Source of the DNA: an uncultured delta proteobacterium
GTDB taxonomy: Bacteria > Myxococcota > Myxococcia > Myxococcales > Myxococcaceae
Direction of reading: 5' to 3'
Length of the DNA: 64,000 bases
NCBI GenBank assembly: GCA_963771175.1
Contig: CAVYSY010000036.1
Span: 1-64,000 of the forward strand
In this document: one piece after another, positions 58,535 through 64,000 of the stretch
How positions within the stretch are numbered: the first letter of the stretch is position 1
How the letters are laid out: the number at the start of each line of letters is the position of its first letter
The notes under the pieces: generated by a model
Seen by the model: only the letters and a program-made list of their open reading frames with translations
Database searches by the model: none
What the model was told of the DNA's origin: nothing
Translations under genes and position numbers: made by a program

Positions 58535-59527
58535 CAGAAGAGGTGCTCCGCCAGCAGCGCCGCGTCACCGCCCGGCACGCACCGCACCACCTCGGTGGCT
58601 CCGCACGCCCGCGCCACCGCCTCCGCCGCCACCTCGTTCGCCGCGTCCGTGAGGATGCACGGGTTCGGTCCCGCGTCGAGCGTGAACCACACCGGCACGC
58701 CCTTCCTCCGCTGCTCGCGCAGGGAGTGGATGAGCTCGAGCGTCCTGGGCATCAGGTAGCAGAGCGGCGGATCCGCCGCGAGCGACGTGGCATGCATCCG
58801 CCACGCGTTGCGCTCGCACATCTCGCCCAGCGCCTGCAGGTCCTTCCGGGCGAGGAAGTCGCGGGCGTGCACCACCTCGGCCTCGGCGTCCTTCACCCAG
58901 GCCGGGTAGTAGGGGCTGGTCTCCACGGCGTTCTTCATGCCGTCGCGCGACTTCACTTCCTTCTCGTCGCGGCTGACGATGGCCACCACCATGCGCAGCT
59001 CCGGCCAGTGCTTCTCGTCGAAGCGCTGCACCGCGTAGCTGTCCGTGCCGTCCGGGCGCTCGCCGCGCATCCACTCGCAGAAGCCGCCCTGCACGCTGCG
59101 GCACGCCGAGCCGCTGCCGAGCCGGGCCAGCAGGCTCGCCGCCCTGGGGTCCGCCGGCAGCCCCGCCGCCGCGCGCGCCGCCACCGCCAGCGCCGCGAAG
59201 CCCGCCGCGCTGCTCGCCAGGCCCGCGGAGGCCGGGAAGTCCCCGCGCGACACCATCCGCGCCGGGCCGAGCTTCGCGTCCTTCGCCTCGGCGCGCACCG
59301 CGTCCAGCACGCGCAGCACGCGGTCGCGCTCGCTGCCCTTGGCCACGTAGCCGTTGAGCTCCACCTCGTCGGCGGAGCCCACCCCGAAGGCCACCGTCGT
59401 CCGCACCGACAGCGGCGACAAGCGTCATCGAGAGGCTCGACTGGTGCGGGAGGATGAGGGCGTCGTCGCGCTTGCCCCAGTACTTCACCAGGGCGAGGTT
59501 GGGGTGCGCCTGGGCGGTCGCCTTCAT
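58534..59527 (-). CDS. mvaD: diphosphomevalonate decarboxylase (frameshift near 59420)
   Basis: AHPNLALVKYWGK, AGLASSA, GSGSACRS, FTLDAGPN. Confidence 0.93.
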
Positions 59528-59537
59528 GCCGCCCCCC

Positions 59538-60480
59538 TTACGCCCTCGGCGCCCGGACCCGCGAGCTGGCTGTCGAAGCAGCGGATGCCCAGCCGCGTGA
59601 GCTCGTGCACCACCGGCTCCGTGCTCCTGGAAGAGGCCGATGACGGCACCACCGTCGCCGCCGGCCCCGGTCAGCTTGGCGCCCAGCGCGCCCATGTTGC
59701 GCAGCCGATGCACCATGTCGTCCAACCCCGGCGAGGACAGGCCCAGCGCCGCGAGCAGGCCGTGGTTGACGTTCATCACGTCCCCGAGCGCCTCCAGGTC
59801 GCCCTCCTCCACCGCCTCCGCGCCCTCCGAGGCCAGCAGGCCGATCTCCCGGAAGAGGCGCTGGTAGCGATCCGGCCAGCGCTTCTGGCGCTCGCGCAGC
59901 GCGCCCACCGTCAACTTCGTCGGGCTGCGCGCGCCCACCATCACCACCACCAGCTTCACCGGCTTGGGGCTCTCCACCACCTTCGCCCGCCCCTGCTCGG
60001 CGCCCGGCTTGCGGCGGTAGAGGATGAGCTGCTCCATGGCGCTCGTCGTGTGGTCCACCCCCGACGGCGTGCCGTGGAACTCCTGCTCCATCTCCCAGGC
60101 CACGCGCCGCCACCTCGGTCGCCGTCGCCTTGCGCCCGGCCGCCTGCAGCAGCACCCGCGCGCACGCCACCGACAGCGCGCCCGAGCTGCCCAGGCCCAT
60201 GGACAGCGGCAGGTCGCGTGTCGAACGACACCTTCACCCCGGGCTCATCACAGGCCGCCGTGGCCCGCGCGAAGGCCGCCTTGAGCACCTTGCGCTGCTC
60301 GGCCGTCAGGGCTTCGGGGATGACGAGCTGGCACTTGCTCGCGGGCTCACCCCGAGCCCTCACGCCGCGCGACAGCGGTCCGGCCAGGGCCGGGTAGCCG
60401 TACACCACGCTGTGCTCACCGAGCAGGATGACCTTGCCGGAGCCGAAGCCCGCCAGGGAGGAAGTGTTGTCCGTGTCCAT
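59538..60480 (-). CDS. mvk: mevalonate kinase (frameshifted)
   Basis: GKVILLGEHSVVYG, GLGSSGA, HGTPSGVD, GAKLTGAGG. Confidence 0.9.
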
Positions 60481-60551
60481 TGCGTGTCCCGTCTTCGGTG
60501 GGAACACGGGAAGCTCCCGCCCCAACCCTCTCCCCTCGGGAGAGAAAGGTT

Positions 60552-61885
60552 TCAACCTTCGGTGCCCGTGGCCGCGCGGAAATCCTCCGCCGACAGCGAG
60601 GCGAGGATCTCCCGCGCCTTCTCCACCTTCACCTGGCCGGCCGTCACCAGCAGCTCGGCGATCTTCTCCACCCAGTCGCCGCGCGCGCCCGCCGTCACCG
60701 CCACGCAGCGCGCGTGCAGCGCCATGTGGCCCTTCTGGATGCCGACCGAGCCCAGCGCGCGCACCGCCGCGAAGTTCTGCGCCAGGCCCACCGCGGCCAT
60801 CACCATCGACAGCTCGCGCGCCGACTCGCACGCGCAGCAGCTTCAGCGCCGCCTGCACGCCCGGGTGCACCTTGATGGGGCCACCCACCGTGCCCAGCGC
60901 CAGCGGCAGCTCGATGCGGCCCACCAGGTGTCCGTCCTCCAGCGTGCCAGGTCGACAGCGGCCGGTACTGCCCGTCCCGGCAGGCGAAGGCGTGCGCGCC
61001 CGCCTCGATGGCGCGCCAGTCCTGGCCCGTGGCGATCGCCACCGCGTCGATGCCGTTCATGATGCCCTTGTTGTGCGTGGCCGCCCGGTAGGGATCCGCC
61101 AGGGCGAAGCGGCTCGCCTGGTACGATGCCCTCGGCGATGGCCTCGCCCGGCATGTCGAAGTCCGCCAGCAGCGCCACGGGAATCCGGCACGTGGCGCGC
61201 GCCAGCCGCCGGTCCGCCAGGTTGGAGAGGATGCGCAGGAACACCTTGCCGCCGGTGAGCTGCTCCAGCAGCGGGCGCCACGCCCTCGGCCATGGTGTTG
61301 ATGAGGTTGGCCCCCATCGCCTCCTGCGTGTCGATGATGAGGTGGACCACCAGCAGCGGCTCGCCGCGCGGACCCTCGGGGGCCGGCAGCACGCGCACCT
61401 CGATGTCCTTGCAGCCCCCGCCGCGCTTCACCATCGACGGGTGGAAGCTGTTGGCCAGCGCGAGGAGCTGCCTCCTTGGACGCGAGGATCTTCTTCGTCG
61501 CCTCGGTGGGGTCCCCGTAGCCGGTGAGCTGCACCTGGCCGATCATGATGGGGTCATCGGCCTCGGCGGTGAAGCCGCCCGCCTCGCGGACGATCTTCGC
61601 CGCGAAGGACACCGCGGCCACCACCGACGGCTCCTCCACCGCCATCGGCACCAGGTAGTCCCGGCCGTTGACCTGCAGGTTCAGCCCCAGCCCCAGCGGC
61701 AGCGAGAACGTGCCCACGGCGTTCTCGATCATCTGGTTCGCCAGGCCCGGCTGCAGCGCGCTGAGGCCCTGGAGCTGCGCGAGGTCCATCTCGTCCAGGC
61801 CCAGCATCTGCGACAGCTTCTCGTGCCGCTCGACCATCGACAGCTTGTGGAAACCGGACAACCGGGACGTCAGAATTTCAGACAT
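60552..61885 (-). CDS. mvaA: class II HMG-CoA reductase (frameshifted)
   Basis: SRLSGFHKL, MIEN, VPMAVEEPSVVAA, EAMGAN, ATHNKGIMNG, GIQKGHMALH. Confidence 0.93.
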
Positions 61886-61933
61886 GTCTTCTGTTCTCCA
61901 CCGCGGAGGCACTTCGCCGTGCGGGAATAATCC

Positions 61934-63019
61934 CTACAGTGCCGCGAGCCAGTCCTTCAACTGCCCCATGATGACCCGGGGTTTCTGCCGCAGTTCACCG
62001 CTGTTCTTGCTGCCGGTGAGCACGAGCGCCTGACGAAGGCCGGAGAGGATGGTCTCGAGCGCCTGCTCGGCCCCTCGCAGGCCCCCTTGCTGCTGGGCCC
62101 GGAAGAGGGGCAGCGCCGTGCCGGCGATATCCGCGCCCAGGGCGAGCACCTTCGCCGCGTCCAGCCCGGTGCGCAGCCCGCCCGAGGCGATCAGCCGGGC
62201 ATCCGGGCCCACGGCCTTGCGCACGGAGGCGATAGCGGCCGCGGTGGGGATGCCCCAGCTCGAGAACTCGGCGCCCACCTGGGCCTGCACGCCGGTGGCG
62301 CGAAGCTGCTCCACCCGCACCCACGAGGTGCCGCCCAGCCCCGACACGTCCAGGTTGCGCACGCCCAGCTCCACCAGCCGGCGCGCCACGTCGGGGCCGA
62401 TGCCGCAGCCCGTCTCCTTCACCAGCAGGCGCACACCAAATTCGCGCACCAGCCCCTTCACCACCTTGTAGCCACCGCGGAAGTCGCGGTCTCCCTCGGG
62501 CTGGGTGAGCTCCTGCCCGGCGTTGAGGTGCAGCGCCATGCCATCGGCGCCAATGACGTCCGCCAGCCGGCGCACCCCGTCCACGCCCATCCGCACCGCC
62601 TGGTACAGGCCGATGTTGCCCAGCAGCGGCACCGTGGGGGCGATCTGCCGCACCTGGAAGGTCTCCGTGAGCTGCGGGTTCTCCGCCATGGCCCGCTGGC
62701 TGCCCACGCCGAAGGCCAGCCCATACTGCTCGGCCAGCGTCGCCAGGTCCCGATTCACCACCCCGGCCCGCTCGGTGCCCCCCGTCATTCCGGTAATCAG
62801 CAGCGGGTAGCGCAGCCGCTTGCCCAGGAACTCGGTGGAGAGGTCCACCTCGTCCACGGACAGTTCCGGCATCGCGCAATGCACCAGCCGCACGCACTCG
62901 AGCAGAGTGCTGTTCTCCACCGGCTCGACATCGCCGGTGGCACACAGGTCGAGGTGGGCGTCCTTCCGCTTCGCCGTCACCTCCTCACCCGTGAGTTCCG
63001 CCTGACTCTTGGAAGGCAT
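61934..63019 (-). CDS. fni: type 2 isopentenyl-diphosphate isomerase
   Basis: RKDAHL, GMTGG, GSQR, HLNAGQE, VKETGCG, GGTSW, ASGGLR. Confidence 0.95.
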   Translation of the reverse strand: MPSKSQAELTGEEVTAKRKDAHLDLCATGDVEPVENSTLLECVRLVHCAMPELSVDEVDLSTEFLGKRLRYPLLITGMTGGTERAGVVNRDLATLAEQYGLAFGVGSQRAMAENPQLTETFQVRQIAPTVPLLGNIGLYQAVRMGVDGVRRLADVIGADGMALHLNAGQELTQPEGDRDFRGGYKVVKGLVREFGVRLLVKETGCGIGPDVARRLVELGVRNLDVSGLGGTSWVRVEQLRATGVQAQVGAEFSSWGIPTAAAIASVRKAVGPDARLIASGGLRTGLDAAKVLALGADIAGTALPLFRAQQQGGLRGAEQALETILSGLRQALVLTGSKNSGELRQKPRVIMGQLKDWLAAL

Positions 63020-63168
63020 GTGTCTGGAAAATTCCAAAAAGATTAAGAGTGTCCGCGATCCGGGAATCCCTAGCAAGCGGGGCAAGCAGGCGCAAGCTGC
63101 GCCTGTGCGACAGGCACCCCCACCGAGCGTGCATGGACGGGGTGGGAGCCGGACGGTATGAGGGCGCC

Positions 63169-63579
63169 GTGAGCACTCCCGCGCCCAAGGTGGTCGTCTT
63201 CCTCCACAGTGGGGACTACGATCGGGTCCATCAGGGCCTGTCCATCGCCGCGGCGGCGGTGGCGTCCGGCCGGCGCGCCGAGGTGTACCTCTTCTGGTGG
63301 GCCCTGGAGCGCTTCCTCCAGGGTCGCCTGGACGAGCCGGACTTCACTCCCCCCCGCGAGGACGTGGCGGATCGCTTCGAGACGCGCCGCATCCCCACGC
63401 TGCGCCTGCTCCTGGAACACCTGCGCGAGTCGGGACTGTGCACGGTGCAGGGCTGCACGGGCTCGCTGGGAGCGCTGGGGGCCGAGTCCCAGGCCGACAA
63501 GGGGCCGATCGACGGCTGGGTCGGCTGGAGCGCCATCCTCCAGAGGACGGCGGGCGTGGTGGACCGCTTCTACCTCTAG
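63169..63579 (+). CDS. DsrE/DsrF-like small protein
   Basis: VVFLHSGDYDRV...AAAAVASG...YLFWWAL; Cys in QGCTGS. Confidence 0.7.
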   Translation: MSTPAPKVVVFLHSGDYDRVHQGLSIAAAAVASGRRAEVYLFWWALERFLQGRLDEPDFTPPREDVADRFETRRIPTLRLLLEHLRESGLCTVQGCTGSLGALGAESQADKGPIDGWVGWSAILQRTAGVVDRFYL

Positions 63580-63663
63580 TCCGGTTCGATTGACCCGCCT
63601 CGTCGCCTGCTTACGTTCTTTCAGTACCCGGGAACGGGGAAAGGAAAGGCAAGGCAACGTCTC

Positions 63664-64000
63664 ATGAGTGCTGGCGGAATGTATGGATCGTCGATGCCCC
63701 GGGAGGCCCCGGGCCCGCGCGGGAGCGGCTGGGGACACCGGCTGAGCAACGCGCTGAAGACGACGGTGCTGCTGGCCGGCCTCACGGCGCTCATGCTGCT
63801 CGTGGGCCAGCGCCTGGGAGGCGCTCAGGGGCTCGTCGTCGCGGGCTTTTTCGTCATCATCATGAACTTCGTCTCGTACTGGTTCAGCGATCGGATCGCC
63901 CTGGCCATGCACGGGGCCCAGCCGCTGGAGTACGCCGAGGCGCCGTGGCTGCACCAGATGGTGGAGCGGCTGGCCACGCGCGCGGGCATGCCCAAGCCGA
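63664..64000 (+). CDS. htpX: zinc metalloprotease HtpX, 5' part (runs off the window)
   Basis: NALKTTVLLAGLT, MNFVSYWFSDRIALAM, MVERLATRAGMPKP. Confidence 0.85.
   Translation, partial: MSAGGMYGSSMPREAPGPRGSGWGHRLSNALKTTVLLAGLTALMLLVGQRLGGAQGLVVAGFFVIIMNFVSYWFSDRIALAMHGAQPLEYAEAPWLHQMVERLATRAGMPKP

Overview
High-GC (~70%) myxobacterial DNA (Archangiaceae/Myxococcaceae-like, inferred from gene content). Many conserved genes carry single-base indels that are probably sequencing or assembly errors. Housekeeping content: yebC-ruvC-ruvA, rtcR/rtcB-rtcA RNA repair with a sigma54 promoter, dsbD, iscSUA-hscBA-fdx, tRNA-Leu(CAG), a mevalonate operon (fni-mvaA-mvk-mvaD-PMK) and the start of htpX. Most notable: (1) an ArsC/Spx-like gene with an in-frame UGA at a CxxC position followed by a SECIS-like hairpin, i.e. 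a likely selenoprotein truncated in the ORF track; (2) a 52-aa single-core TTxxxxEE graspetide precursor divergent from an ATP-grasp ligase; (3) a low-GC pair of RxxxxH (HEPN-like) genes directly after rtcA; (4) a divergent RADAR-like ATPase plus adenosine-deaminase pair with a convergent membrane protein; (5) a squalene-hopene-cyclase-fold enzyme lacking DxDD; (6) an orphan class II lanthipeptide-type precursor; (7) a decayed toxin remnant coupled to an intact immunity-like gene; (8) four GAC-N7-GTC Rrf2-type operator cores upstream of an isc operon with no iscR. All calls come from reading the sequence by eye; no database searches were run.
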